Positions 26,808-36,605 of a stretch of DNA of 64,000 nt are shown one piece after another (position 1 is the stretch's first letter; each line of letters begins with the position of its first letter). The notes below the pieces were generated by a model that worked only from the letters and a program-made list of their open reading frames with translations, had not been told where the DNA came from and ran no database searches. The position numbers and the translations under genes are program-made. The stretch is from Candidatus Sericytochromatia bacterium (GTDB lineage: Bacteria > Cyanobacteriota > Sericytochromatia > S15B-MN24 > JAQBPE01): assembly GCA_035285125.1 (NCBI GenBank), contig JAYKHR010000155.1:1-64000 (forward strand). Direction: 5' to 3'.

Positions 26808-29800
26808 ACCGGCAACGCAGCAGGAGACCCAGCCCGTGAGCACGACGACCGACGCCGCTGAGACGCCCCAGCTCGACACGGCCCCCGAGGGCGGTCCGGA
26901 GCCCCTCTGGCGGGCCTCAGCCTGGCTCGTGGCCCTGGGGGCCGGGCTAGGCGTCGCCCTCGTCTTCGGCCTTGCGGCGGCGGTGGGTTTCAGCCACCTC
27001 GCGGCCTGGGACGGTCCTCGCACGGGGTTTCGGGCGGTTGGCGCCACGCTCGTGGGGCTCGGCCTGGGTGCCTGGGCGACCCACCGCTGGCGGGCACACC
27101 TCGTCGACCCCACCTATGCCTTCGCCTGGCTGGCGATGGTGGCGGGGCTCCTGGCAGGCCTCGCCCCGCGCCTGTTGGCGGCGCTGACCCAGCCCGCGTC
27201 GTCGCCGCTCGGCCCCCTCGGCGTGGAGGCCCTCGTGCTGACGGCGGCGCTCGTGCCGGCCCTGCTCGCGGGGTCTGCCCAGCCGCTCCTGGCGGCCGGC
27301 TTCGCCCCCCTGCTCCCTGGCCCGGCGGCCCTCTCGGCCCGCGGCCTTACGGGGCTCGGCCTCGGGGTGACGGCCGCGAGCTGGTGGTGGCTCTCCACGG
27401 CAGCCTGGCCCCTCGCGCCCGACGCCGCGGCCTCGGTCGCGGCCTTCGCGCTGGTGGGCGTCGGGGTGGCCGCGCTGGCCTGCGCCAAGAAGACCTGGGA
27501 AGAGGCCCCGGCGGCCTGGCGCGTCGCACCGGCTGCGGAGCAGGCGGCCGTGGCGGAGGTGGTGGGCCACGTGCCGGCCCACCTGGCGGTGGTGCTGGCG
27601 CTCGCGCTGCCGATCTGGCTGAGGTCCCTGGAGGTTGCCGGCGGCGCCGGCCCGGAGGCACGCTGGACCGTGCTGGTGCTGGTGGCCGCCGGGATGACGC
27701 TCGGGGTGTGGTGCGCGGCCAGGTGGGCCGAGACGTCGCCGCTCGCGCGCCTTGGCGCCGTGCCGGCGCTGACGGCCCTCGCCTTGCTGCTGGGCGCAGC
27801 CTCGCTGGACGGGCTGGCCTTTCGCCTGGCGGCGTTCGAGGGCGCCCTGGGCAGCGGTGACGCAGCCTGGGGCCTGCTCCGAGCCGGGCAGGCCCTCGCA
27901 GCTGCGGGGCTCGTCGCCGTGCCGAGCCTGGGCCTCGGCCTGTGGCTCGCCCTGGTGCTCGGCAGGCTGCCCATCGAGAGGCTCGGCGCCGGGCTGGCGG
28001 CAGGCCTCGCGCTCGCCGGGGCCCTGCTGCTCGCCACGGATGCCCCCTGGCCACTCGTCGGCGGGCTGGTCGCCGCGGCGGCGGTGCTGGCCCTGGATGC
28101 CGTCGACCTGACGGGCCGCCACCTGGGCTGGTCCCCTTACCGCCGCCTGCTGGGGCTGGGCCTCGCGGCCACCCCCCTCGCGATCTGGGCTTTCGCCTTT
28201 CCCGAGCCCAGCTGGCACGCCCTCACCGCGCCGCGGGCGGCCGAGCCCCCTGCGACGTGGGCCGCCCTGCGGGTGGCGGCCGACCAGCGGCGGGTGGCAC
28301 TTCATGCCCGGGACGCGGGTCAGGACGTCACGCTCCTGCAGGGCCCGGCGGGCTGGGAGCTCGCCTTGAACGGCGTGCCGACCTCCCTCGACGGCACGCG
28401 GCTGGCAGCGGGGCAGCTCGCGGCCCACCTGCCGCTGGCGCTTCACCCGACGGTGCGCCGGGTGTGCGTCGTCGGGCTGTCAGACGGCGTGGCGGCTCGC
28501 GCCGCGGCGCATCACCCGCTGGACCGGCTCGAGGTGGTGGAGCCGTCCGGCGCCCTCATCCGCGCCGTGGCAGCGCTGGACGCAGCCAGCCCACCCGCGG
28601 CAGGCTTGAAGGAAACCAGCCGCACAGTTTCGGAGGCAGCCCCTCGGCTGTGGCTGCGCCGGCAAGCCGCCAGCTTCGATCTCGTGCTCGTCACCGCGCC
28701 GCCCCCGGGCAACACCCCCGTGGGGGCCGGCCCGAGCGTCGAGCTGTTCGAGGCGGTGGCCGGCAGCCTCGCTGGCAAGGGCGTCGCCGCCCTGGAGCTC
28801 GACCTCCGCCAGCACGACGACATGACGCTCGCCCGGGCCCTGCGCTCGCTGCGCCGGGTCTTCCCGCACGTCACGCTGTGGCAGACGGCGGGGGACCACG
28901 TGCTGGCCCTGGGCCGGCTGGAGCCGGGCGTCTTCAGCCCGGAGGCCACGCGGGATCGCCTCGCGACCAGGGGGGTCGTGGCAGACCTCGGGCCCCTCGG
29001 GCTGGACCGCCCGGTGGCGTTGCTGATGCTGCAGCTGCACACGGCCGAGAGCATCGAGTCGATGCTGCGCGGCACCGAGCTCGAGCGCGTCGCGCGGCCG
29101 ACGCTGCCGGCGGCCCAGGCCCGCACGGTGCTGGCACGCAGGCCAGCCCTCAGCCCCTACCAGACGGACGGGCGGCTCAAGGCGGGCGCCGCCGTGGACC
29201 CCTCGATGGTGCTTCCCGCCGAGCTCGCGGAGGGGCGCCTGCAGGTCCGCGCCGCCGACTTCAAGGCCTTCGCCAGGCACCAGGCCCGATTTCTGCCATT
29301 GAACGAGACGAAGGGCCTCGACGCCCAGGTGCTGCGAGAGTGGCGGCGCGCCTTCCCGGCAGACCGGGAGGCCTGGCTCGCCGAGGCAGAGCGCCTGGCC
29401 CTCGCAGGGCGCTTCGGCGAGGCCGTCAGCACGCTGGCGGCGGCCCCGGGCGGCCCGCGCGGGGCCGGGGGCCTGGAGGCGAAGCTGCGGTTCTCCGACA
29501 CGATGCGGAGCTGGGGGTGGCTGACGCGCCAGCCCCCCGGTCTGCGGCTGGCGGTGGAGGCTTGGGAGCGCGAGCTGCGGCGCGATCCCCGCTTCGCGGC
29601 TGACGCGCTCGTGAGGCTGGCGGCCCTGCATCACGTGGCCGGGGATGCCCGGGCTGAGTTTGCCACGGCAGAGCGCGCGCTTGCCCTGCTCGAGCCCATC
29701 CCTGGCCCGGGTGCCGCGGACACGCGGCTCCGGCTGCTGGTGGCGATCGCCCGCACGGCCTACTGGCGCGGTGACGAGCCACGCTTCCGGCGCTACACCG

Positions 29801-29895
29801 AGGCAGCCGTGGCGCTCGACCCCTCCGACGCGGAGTTGCAGGGCCTGCTGAGGCTCTCGGCCCAAGCCTTTCCCCCCCGCCGCGGGAGCCCTTGA
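26800..29895 (+). CDS. Polytopic membrane protein with spermidine-synthase-like methyltransferase domain and TPR-like tail
   Basis: About 12-13 hydrophobic segments, then LALNG..LAAHLPLALHP..RVCVVGLSDG..LEVVEP..FDLVLV..FPHVTLW. Confidence 0.75.
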   Translation: MNEPATQQETQPVSTTTDAAETPQLDTAPEGGPEPLWRASAWLVALGAGLGVALVFGLAAAVGFSHLAAWDGPRTGFRAVGATLVGLGLGAWATHRWRAHLVDPTYAFAWLAMVAGLLAGLAPRLLAALTQPASSPLGPLGVEALVLTAALVPALLAGSAQPLLAAGFAPLLPGPAALSARGLTGLGLGVTAASWWWLSTAAWPLAPDAAASVAAFALVGVGVAALACAKKTWEEAPAAWRVAPAAEQAAVAEVVGHVPAHLAVVLALALPIWLRSLEVAGGAGPEARWTVLVLVAAGMTLGVWCAARWAETSPLARLGAVPALTALALLLGAASLDGLAFRLAAFEGALGSGDAAWGLLRAGQALAAAGLVAVPSLGLGLWLALVLGRLPIERLGAGLAAGLALAGALLLATDAPWPLVGGLVAAAAVLALDAVDLTGRHLGWSPYRRLLGLGLAATPLAIWAFAFPEPSWHALTAPRAAEPPATWAALRVAADQRRVALHARDAGQDVTLLQGPAGWELALNGVPTSLDGTRLAAGQLAAHLPLALHPTVRRVCVVGLSDGVAARAAAHHPLDRLEVVEPSGALIRAVAALDAASPPAAGLKETSRTVSEAAPRLWLRRQAASFDLVLVTAPPPGNTPVGAGPSVELFEAVAGSLAGKGVAALELDLRQHDDMTLARALRSLRRVFPHVTLWQTAGDHVLALGRLEPGVFSPEATRDRLATRGVVADLGPLGLDRPVALLMLQLHTAESIESMLRGTELERVARPTLPAAQARTVLARRPALSPYQTDGRLKAGAAVDPSMVLPAELAEGRLQVRAADFKAFARHQARFLPLNETKGLDAQVLREWRRAFPADREAWLAEAERLALAGRFGEAVSTLAAAPGGPRGAGGLEAKLRFSDTMRSWGWLTRQPPGLRLAVEAWERELRRDPRFAADALVRLAALHHVAGDARAEFATAERALALLEPIPGPGAADTRLRLLVAIARTAYWRGDEPRFRRYTEAAVALDPSDAELQGLLRLSAQAFPPRRGSP

Positions 29896-29921
29896 AGGGG
29901 GCTGCCGGGCACGGCGCGGTC

Positions 29922-29930
29922 TGCTATGAT
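29922..29930 (+). promoter_or_regulatory. Extended -10 promoter element
   Basis: TGCTATGAT 33 nt upstream of ATG 29963. Confidence 0.55.
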
Positions 29931-29962
29931 CCGCCCGGACACGTTACCGGAGCCTCGTCCCC

Positions 29963-31399
29963 ATGACAGATACAGCCTTGCCGCCCGCGGCCGTCGACCT
30001 CTCTGCCTCGCCGCTCCATAGCCCGGACCTGGCTCCGACGCCGCCGGCTGCGCGAACGTGGAGCTCCTGGAACTATGCGGCCCTCTGGATCGCGATGTCG
30101 TGCTGCATCCCGACGTACATGCTCGCGAGCGGCCTCATCGCCTCGGGCATGGCCTGGTGGCAGGCCCTGCTCACGATTGCGCTCGGCAACGTGCTGGTCC
30201 TCGTCCCGATCCTGCTCAACTCTCACCCCGGCACGCGCTACGGCATCCCCTTCCCCGTGTTCGCCCGAGCCAGCTTCGGTGTGTGGGGGGCCAACCTCCC
30301 GGCCCTGATGCGGGCCCTCGTGGCCTGTGGCTGGTTCGGCATCAACGCCTGGATCGGTGGGTCGGCCATCCACACGCTGGCGACGGCGGTGTGGCCGGGC
30401 TGGGCGACGATGGGGGGCACCGTCGGGGGCATCGCCGTCGGGATGTGGCTGGCCTTCGGGCTGTTCTGGGGGTCCAACATCTGGATCATCTACCGGGGCA
30501 TGGAGGCCCTCAAGCGCTTCGAGGCCTGGGCCGCGCCCTTCGTGCTGCTGATGACGGGGGGCCTCATGGTCTGGGCCGTGCAGGCCGCGCACGGCCTGGG
30601 TCCCCTGATGAGCCAGGCCGGCCGCTTCGGCACCTGGGAGGCCTTCTGGCCGGTCTTCGTGCCCTCGCTGACGGCCATGGTGGGCTTCTGGGCCACCCTC
30701 TCGCTGAACATGCCCGACTTCACCCGCTACGCCGCCGACCAGCGGGCGCAAGTGCGCGGCCAGATCCTCGGGCTGCCCACCACGATGACCCTCTTCTCGG
30801 CGATGGGCATCCTCATCACGTCGGCCTCGACCCTGGTCTTCGGCAAGACGCACTGGGACCCCGTGCAGCTCGTGGGCGAGTTCCAGAACCTCTGGGTCGT
30901 CGCAATTGCCATGACGACGGTGGTCATCGCGACGATCTCCGTGAACATCGCGGCCAACGTCGTCTCCCCGGCCAACGACTTCGCGAACATGGCCCCCAAG
31001 CGCATCGACTTCAAGACCGGCGGCCTGATCACCGGGGTGCTGGGCGTCGCCATCATGCCCTGGCGGCTGCTGGCAAACGCCCAGTCGTACATCTTCGACT
31101 GGCTGCTGACCTACAGCGGTGGGCTGGGCAGCATCGCGGGCGTGATGATCGTCGACTACTGGGTGCAGCGGCGCTGCCACCTCGTGGTGGCCGACCTCTA
31201 CGCCGAGCAGGGTCGCTACACCTACTGGCGCGGCTGGAACCCTGCCGCCCTGCTCGCCACGGCCGCCGGTTGCTTCGCGGCCTGGGGTGGCAAGTGGCTG
31301 CCCGCCCTGGCCCCCCTGGTGCCCTACGGCTGGTTCGTGGGCTTCGCCGTGGCCGGCCTGGTCTACGCCCTCGCCAACCGGCCCCGCGCCGGGGTATGA
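29963..31399 (+). CDS. NCS1 nucleobase:cation symporter-1
   Basis: DLAP..RTW, YGIPFPVFARASFG, WFGINAW, LNMPDFTRY, NIAANVVSP; about 12 TM. Confidence 0.93.
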   Translation: MTDTALPPAAVDLSASPLHSPDLAPTPPAARTWSSWNYAALWIAMSCCIPTYMLASGLIASGMAWWQALLTIALGNVLVLVPILLNSHPGTRYGIPFPVFARASFGVWGANLPALMRALVACGWFGINAWIGGSAIHTLATAVWPGWATMGGTVGGIAVGMWLAFGLFWGSNIWIIYRGMEALKRFEAWAAPFVLLMTGGLMVWAVQAAHGLGPLMSQAGRFGTWEAFWPVFVPSLTAMVGFWATLSLNMPDFTRYAADQRAQVRGQILGLPTTMTLFSAMGILITSASTLVFGKTHWDPVQLVGEFQNLWVVAIAMTTVVIATISVNIAANVVSPANDFANMAPKRIDFKTGGLITGVLGVAIMPWRLLANAQSYIFDWLLTYSGGLGSIAGVMIVDYWVQRRCHLVVADLYAEQGRYTYWRGWNPAALLATAAGCFAAWGGKWLPALAPLVPYGWFVGFAVAGLVYALANRPRAGV

Positions 31400-31406
31400 A
31401 ACGCCC

Positions 31407-32117
31407 ATGGAGCAAGCGTTCCTGGGCGTGTTTCTGTTCGGCTTCCTGTTCACCGTGGTGTCCGGGCTGCTCGGCGCTACCCACGGCGGCGACGGAGGCG
31501 CTCTCGCCGGCAAGGGCGCCCTTCCGGGGGCGGACGTTCCCCACGGCAAGCTGGTCCTGCCGGCCTCCAGTGCCGACGTCCCGGGTGGCAAGCTGCTGGC
31601 CTCGCACGTGGGTGAACCTGCCACGGGGCTGCCGCGCCTGAACCTGACGGCGGGCATGGCCTTCCTGACGTGGTTCGGGGGCGCGGGGTGGCTGGTCCTC
31701 CACTACACGGCGGCCGGGCCCCTCGTGGCCTGCGTGGCGGGCGCAGCCGCCGGCTGGCCGGCCTACAAGCTGGTCGCCGGGTTCTACAACATGCTGCTGG
31801 CCAGCGAGACCGTGAGGCACCGTGCGCAGGACAACCTCGAGGGGACCCTGGCCCGCGTGACGGCCCGGGCCGTGGCGGGCGGGGTGGCCGAGATCGTGTT
31901 CGAGCACCAGGGGTCGCGGCGCGTCGAAGGCGCACGCGCGCTCGAGGGCCACGCGCTCGAGAAGGGCGACGAGGTGGTGATCACGGGCTATGAGGGGGGC
32001 TTGGCGATCGTGCACCCGCTGCACGAGGAGCCGGCGCGGTTGGCCCTCCCCACGGCCCACTCCGCCGAGGCCCCCCCGGCCCCCGAAAAACCGCTCCCTG
32101 AGGCGGGCGAGCGTTGA
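31407..32117 (+). CDS. NfeD-like (YuaF-type) flotillin partner
   Basis: N-terminal TM, FLTWFGGAG, C-terminal OB-fold GTLARVT..AEIVF..LEKGDEVVITGYEGGLAIV; upstream of flotillin. Confidence 0.8.
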   Translation: MEQAFLGVFLFGFLFTVVSGLLGATHGGDGGALAGKGALPGADVPHGKLVLPASSADVPGGKLLASHVGEPATGLPRLNLTAGMAFLTWFGGAGWLVLHYTAAGPLVACVAGAAAGWPAYKLVAGFYNMLLASETVRHRAQDNLEGTLARVTARAVAGGVAEIVFEHQGSRRVEGARALEGHALEKGDEVVITGYEGGLAIVHPLHEEPARLALPTAHSAEAPPAPEKPLPEAGER

Positions 32118-32293
32118 AGCTGTGGCCTCGCGGTCCCGTATGACGGCGCGAGGCCCCTCGGAAGGGGTCCCCCCGTCGCAGGCCCTTCGCGTGAGGAGGG
32201 AACCGCCGCGGGGAAAGCTATGACTCGGAAACCATGCCGCCAGGCCTTCGGAGAGACGACCCGGTCCGGCCGCGAACGTGAGGAGAATGACCA

Positions 32294-33832
32294 ATGGATG
32301 GATTTTGGGGCCTAGCCTGGGTGGTCGGCGCGGCCGTCATCGTCGTGCTGATCCTGATGTGGCTCGTGGCGAGCATCTACCGCCAGGTCCCCCCCAACCG
32401 CGCCCTGATCGTGTTCGGCATCCGTGGCACCTCCATCGTGACGACAGGCGGCAAGCTCGTCGTCCCGATGGTGGAGAGCGCCAGGGAACTGTCGCTGGAA
32501 CTGATGAGTTTCGACGTCACGCCGGAGCAGGACCTTTACACCAGCCAGGGCATCGCCGTGAGCGTCGAGGCCGTGGCCCAGATCAAGGTCAAGAGCGATG
32601 TGAGGAGCATCCAGACGGCCGCCGAGCAGTTCCTCGACAAGAAGCAAGCCGAGCGCGAGCACCTCATCAAGCTGGTCATGGAGGGCCACCTGCGCGGCAT
32701 CACGGGCCTGCTGACGGTCGAGCAAATCGTCAAGGAGCCGGAGAACGTCGTCAGCCGGGTGCGCGAGACCGTCGCCGAGGATCTGGACAAGATGGGCCTG
32801 GAACTCATCTCCTTCACCATCCGGAAGGTGACGGACGAGCAAGAGTACATCGCGAACATGGGCCGCCCTGACGTCGCCAAGGTCAAACGAATGGCCGAGA
32901 TTGCAGACGCAGAGGCCAACCGCGACATTCAGATCCGGCGTGCGGAGACGGCGCGCGAGGCGGCCGTGGCGCAGGCGTCGGCTGACCAAGAGCGGGTGTT
33001 GGCCCAGTCGCTCTCGGAGACGGCCCAGGCCGAGGCTATGCGCGACCTCAACTCCAAGAAGGCCGAGTACGACGCCCGCGTCAACGAGCAACGCGCGCTC
33101 GCCGAGAAGGCTTACGACATCGCAGCGAACCAGGCCCAGCAGAAGGTCATCGCGGAGCAGGTTCGCATCTCGCAGGCCGAGAAGCAGGAACAGCTCCGCG
33201 TGCAGGAGCTCGAGGTCCAGCGCCGCGAGCTCGAGCTCGAAGCCACGATGATCAAGCAGGCCAACGCCGAGCAGCGCCGCATCGAGATCATGGCCGAGGC
33301 CGAGCGGCAGCGCCTGGGCCGGGAGGCCGCTGGTCGCGCCGAGGCGCTGCGGGAGCAGGGCCGCGCCGAGGCGGAGGTCACGTCGATGCGAGGCAAGGCA
33401 GAGGCCGAGGCCCTCAAGGCCAGGGGTGAGGCCGAGGCCGACATCGTGAGGGCCAAGGGTCAGGCCGAGGCGGACGCGATGCAGAAGCGCGCTGACGCCT
33501 ACGAACGCTACACCGAGGCCGCCATCCTCGATCGGATGCTCGCGAGCCTGCCGGAGATGGCGACGGCCTTCTCCCAGTCGCTGCAGAAGGTCGACAAGAT
33601 CACCATCGTCTCGGCGGGCGACGGCAAGGCCGGCGCCAGCGCGCTGACGGGCGAGGTGGCGAAGATGGTGGCCCAGCTGCCTGAGGTGGTGCAGACCATC
33701 ACGGGCCAGTCCATCAGCGACCTGCTCGCCCGCGTCCGGGGCACGGCAGCCGCCGAGCCCCTCACGGCCCCGCAGGGCCAGGCAGGCCCCACCATCCGCA
33801 TCCCCCTCGGGGACAAGGGCCCAAGCGCCTGA
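32294..33832 (+). CDS. Flotillin family SPFH protein (FloT/YuaG-like)
   Basis: N-terminal TM, VPPNRALIV, AAEQFL, EGHLRGI, AEA/EA-rich coiled coil, KVDKITIV. Confidence 0.92.
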   Translation: MDGFWGLAWVVGAAVIVVLILMWLVASIYRQVPPNRALIVFGIRGTSIVTTGGKLVVPMVESARELSLELMSFDVTPEQDLYTSQGIAVSVEAVAQIKVKSDVRSIQTAAEQFLDKKQAEREHLIKLVMEGHLRGITGLLTVEQIVKEPENVVSRVRETVAEDLDKMGLELISFTIRKVTDEQEYIANMGRPDVAKVKRMAEIADAEANRDIQIRRAETAREAAVAQASADQERVLAQSLSETAQAEAMRDLNSKKAEYDARVNEQRALAEKAYDIAANQAQQKVIAEQVRISQAEKQEQLRVQELEVQRRELELEATMIKQANAEQRRIEIMAEAERQRLGREAAGRAEALREQGRAEAEVTSMRGKAEAEALKARGEAEADIVRAKGQAEADAMQKRADAYERYTEAAILDRMLASLPEMATAFSQSLQKVDKITIVSAGDGKAGASALTGEVAKMVAQLPEVVQTITGQSISDLLARVRGTAAAEPLTAPQGQAGPTIRIPLGDKGPSA

Positions 33833-33986
33833 CACGCTGCCCCATGGGCGCGGCGGTGGCGGCCATCTTGGCCACCTCCGCCGCGCTTTACGTATGGGCC
33901 ATCCTCGGGGAGAATCAGGAGGAACATAACGAGCCGCGGCGGGGTAAGGAACGCCACGACCCGGCTCCGCCCCTGGCCCTGGAAGG

Positions 33987-36605
33987 ATGCTCATGCCTCG
34001 CTCGACCCCCCACCTCCTCCGTCTCGGCCCCCTGACGCTGGGCGCCGCGCTGCTGGTGAGTGCTTGCGCCCACACCGCGCCCAAGGAGACCGCGGCCTCG
34101 CCCGGCACGGAAGGGGCGACCAACGCCGACATCTCCCATGCCGCCAACGTCGCCGTGGCGCCGGTGTTGAAGACGGCCGCGGGCCCAGCGAACGAGCTCG
34201 GCTACATCCCCGTGCTGGAGTACCACCGCTTCGGGCCGAAGGAGGAGCGCTGGACGCGCACGCCGGCGAACTTCCGCAAGGACCTCCAGTTCCTCCACGC
34301 CAACGGCTACCACCTGGTGAACATGGCCGACGTCGCGGCCAAGCGGCTGGCCGTCCCCGCCGGCAAGAAGCCCGTCGTGCTGACCTTCGACGACAGCACC
34401 GAGGGCCAGTTCCGCTACTTGAAGGGGGCGGACGGCAAGTGGAGGACAGGTGCTGACGGCAAGAAGGTGATCGATCCCGACTGCGCCGTCGGCATGCTCG
34501 ACGCCTTTGCAAAGGCCCACCCCGACGCCGGGCGGGGGGCAACGTTCTACGTCCTGCCCAGCGGCTTCGACCAGGACGGGGTGATCGGGGAGAAGTTCCG
34601 TTACCTCGTGGAGACGGGCCGCGAGATCGGCAACCACACCTGGACCCACGACAGCCTGGCGACCATGTCGCCACCGCGCATCGAGGAGCACCTGGGCAAG
34701 CTGCAGAAGTTCGTTGCCACCGAGGTCGGCAAGCCTTATGCCATCACGACGCTCGCGCTGCCGTTCGGCATCGGGCCCCGGGACGCGGCGGGGCTCGCCA
34801 AGGTCGTGAAGGGGGGCGCGGGCCCCACGGCTTACCACCACCAGGTGCTGCTGCTGGTCGGCGCCAACCCGGCCTACTCGCCGTTCGACAAGCGGTACAA
34901 GGCCACCGCCGTCGCCCGCATCCAGTGCATCGACAGCGAGTTCAAGACCTGGTTCAATCGGCCCGTCGGGTCCACGGACCGGGCCCGGGAGCCCTGGGTG
35001 CCCTTCGTGAGCGACGGCGACCCCAGCACCGTGAGCTTCCCCGTGGCCTCGCAGAAGCACTTCAACCCCGCGTCGCTGGTGGCGGGGCAGCAGGCGAAGC
35101 CGTTCGACCCTGCCAAGGCCACGACGGCGGAGGCCTCACCCGCCGCGAGCCCTGCCGGCCAGGCCGCCGCTCCGGCGTCGAGCCCGTCGCAGGCCGCGGC
35201 CGAGCCCAATGGGGCCCTGGCCGCCACCCTCACCAGCCCCGCCCCCTCGGCAGTCGCCTCCGGCGCCCCCGCCAGCGCGGCCCCTGCCCCACAAGCCCTC
35301 GACCACCACCCCGGTTACGGGCGCAAGTTGCCCAAGGGCGGCGAGTACCGGGAGGGCACCATCCGGCACCGGGTGGCCGCCGGCGACTCCGTGGAGGCCA
35401 TCGCCTGGTCCTACCTGCGGATGACGGACTTCTACACCTACCCCAAGCTCGCCCAGGCCATCCGGGACGCCAACAAGGCCAACCGGCCGCTCAAGATCGG
35501 CGAGTGGCTGACCATCCCAGGCGTCCGGCAGGCCCCTCCCAAGGCCGCGCTGGTCCGGCGGGATAAGACCTTCCCGGCCCGGGGCGTCTACGTCACGGGG
35601 ACCACGGCCGGCTCCGAGTCGCTCTGGAGCCTCGTGAAGGAGCTCAAGGCGCACGGCGGGAACACCGTCGTCTTTGACGCCAAGGACATGAGCGGCGTGA
35701 TTTCCTACGAGACGAACGTGCCCCTCGCCAGGACCATCAAGGCCTACCGCGGCGGCATGATCCACGACCTGCCCAAGATGCTGGAGCGCCTTCACGCCGA
35801 GGGCATCCACGCCGTCGCCCGGCTGACGCTCTTCCACGACGCCCGGCTCGCGCAGAGCAAGCCGCAGTGGGCCCTGCGCTCGAAGCGCTCGGGGGCGCCC
35901 TGGCGCGAGTGGGGCAACCTGGTCTGGGTCGACGCCTCTCGGCCGGAGGTGCAAGACTACAACATGGCCCTGGCCCAGGAACTGATTGCGCAGGGCGTGG
36001 ATGAGGTCCAGTTCGACTACGTGCGCTTCCCGGCCCAGGGTGACACGCCCGACGTGGGCTGGGCCACGATGAAGACCCAGCCCACCAAGCACGAGGTCAT
36101 CACCGCGTGGGTGAAGCGCGCCCACGAGGCGATCAAGCCGACGGGGGCGCTGCTCTCGGCGGACGTCTACGGCGTGGTTGCCTGGGACCAGGGCATCGAC
36201 GTGCGGATCACCGGCCAGCGCCTCGAGGACCTCGGGCACCACCTCGACGCGATCAGCCCGATGCTCTACCCGTCGCACTTCTACAGCAACTTCGACAACA
36301 AGGGCTACCCGCCCGACCACCCTGAGCACTTCATCAGCGAAGGCGTGAAGCGGACGGCGAAGAAGACGGCCGGCAGCGGCGTCGTCATCCGGCCTTGGGT
36401 CCAGGCCTTCCCATACCGCATCCGCAACTACGGGCCTGCGTACGTCGCGCGACAGCTCAGGGCCAACGACGCGGCGAAGGGCACCGGCTGGCTGCTCTGG
36501 AACGCCGAGAACAGCTACAAGGTCGGCTTCGCAGGCGTCGACCAGGTCGGCTCTACCCCCGTGCGCAGCGCCGCGGCGGTCTCGGCGAGCAGCCCGCACC
36601 CCTGA
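33987..36605 (+). CDS. Lipoprotein: polysaccharide deacetylase + LysM-like + DUF4015-type glycoside hydrolase
   Basis: Lipobox VSAC; LEYH, LTFDDS, NHTWTH (CE4); HRVAAGDS..IGEWLTIP (LysM-like); RGVYVT, VFDAKD, DEVQFDYVRFP, SPMLYPSH, RPWVQAF, WLLWN. Confidence 0.85.
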   Translation: MLMPRSTPHLLRLGPLTLGAALLVSACAHTAPKETAASPGTEGATNADISHAANVAVAPVLKTAAGPANELGYIPVLEYHRFGPKEERWTRTPANFRKDLQFLHANGYHLVNMADVAAKRLAVPAGKKPVVLTFDDSTEGQFRYLKGADGKWRTGADGKKVIDPDCAVGMLDAFAKAHPDAGRGATFYVLPSGFDQDGVIGEKFRYLVETGREIGNHTWTHDSLATMSPPRIEEHLGKLQKFVATEVGKPYAITTLALPFGIGPRDAAGLAKVVKGGAGPTAYHHQVLLLVGANPAYSPFDKRYKATAVARIQCIDSEFKTWFNRPVGSTDRAREPWVPFVSDGDPSTVSFPVASQKHFNPASLVAGQQAKPFDPAKATTAEASPAASPAGQAAAPASSPSQAAAEPNGALAATLTSPAPSAVASGAPASAAPAPQALDHHPGYGRKLPKGGEYREGTIRHRVAAGDSVEAIAWSYLRMTDFYTYPKLAQAIRDANKANRPLKIGEWLTIPGVRQAPPKAALVRRDKTFPARGVYVTGTTAGSESLWSLVKELKAHGGNTVVFDAKDMSGVISYETNVPLARTIKAYRGGMIHDLPKMLERLHAEGIHAVARLTLFHDARLAQSKPQWALRSKRSGAPWREWGNLVWVDASRPEVQDYNMALAQELIAQGVDEVQFDYVRFPAQGDTPDVGWATMKTQPTKHEVITAWVKRAHEAIKPTGALLSADVYGVVAWDQGIDVRITGQRLEDLGHHLDAISPMLYPSHFYSNFDNKGYPPDHPEHFISEGVKRTAKKTAGSGVVIRPWVQAFPYRIRNYGPAYVARQLRANDAAKGTGWLLWNAENSYKVGFAGVDQVGSTPVRSAAAVSASSPHP

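Noticed and set aside
32118..32293. Structured RNA between nfeD and flotillin
   Set aside because: One clear hairpin (GGCCTCGCG..CGCGAGGCC) but no known riboswitch motif; insufficient evidence
33844..34035. 63-aa ORF with hydrophobic N-terminus
   Set aside because: No RBS, overlaps the next gene's start and its likely promoter, atypical codons
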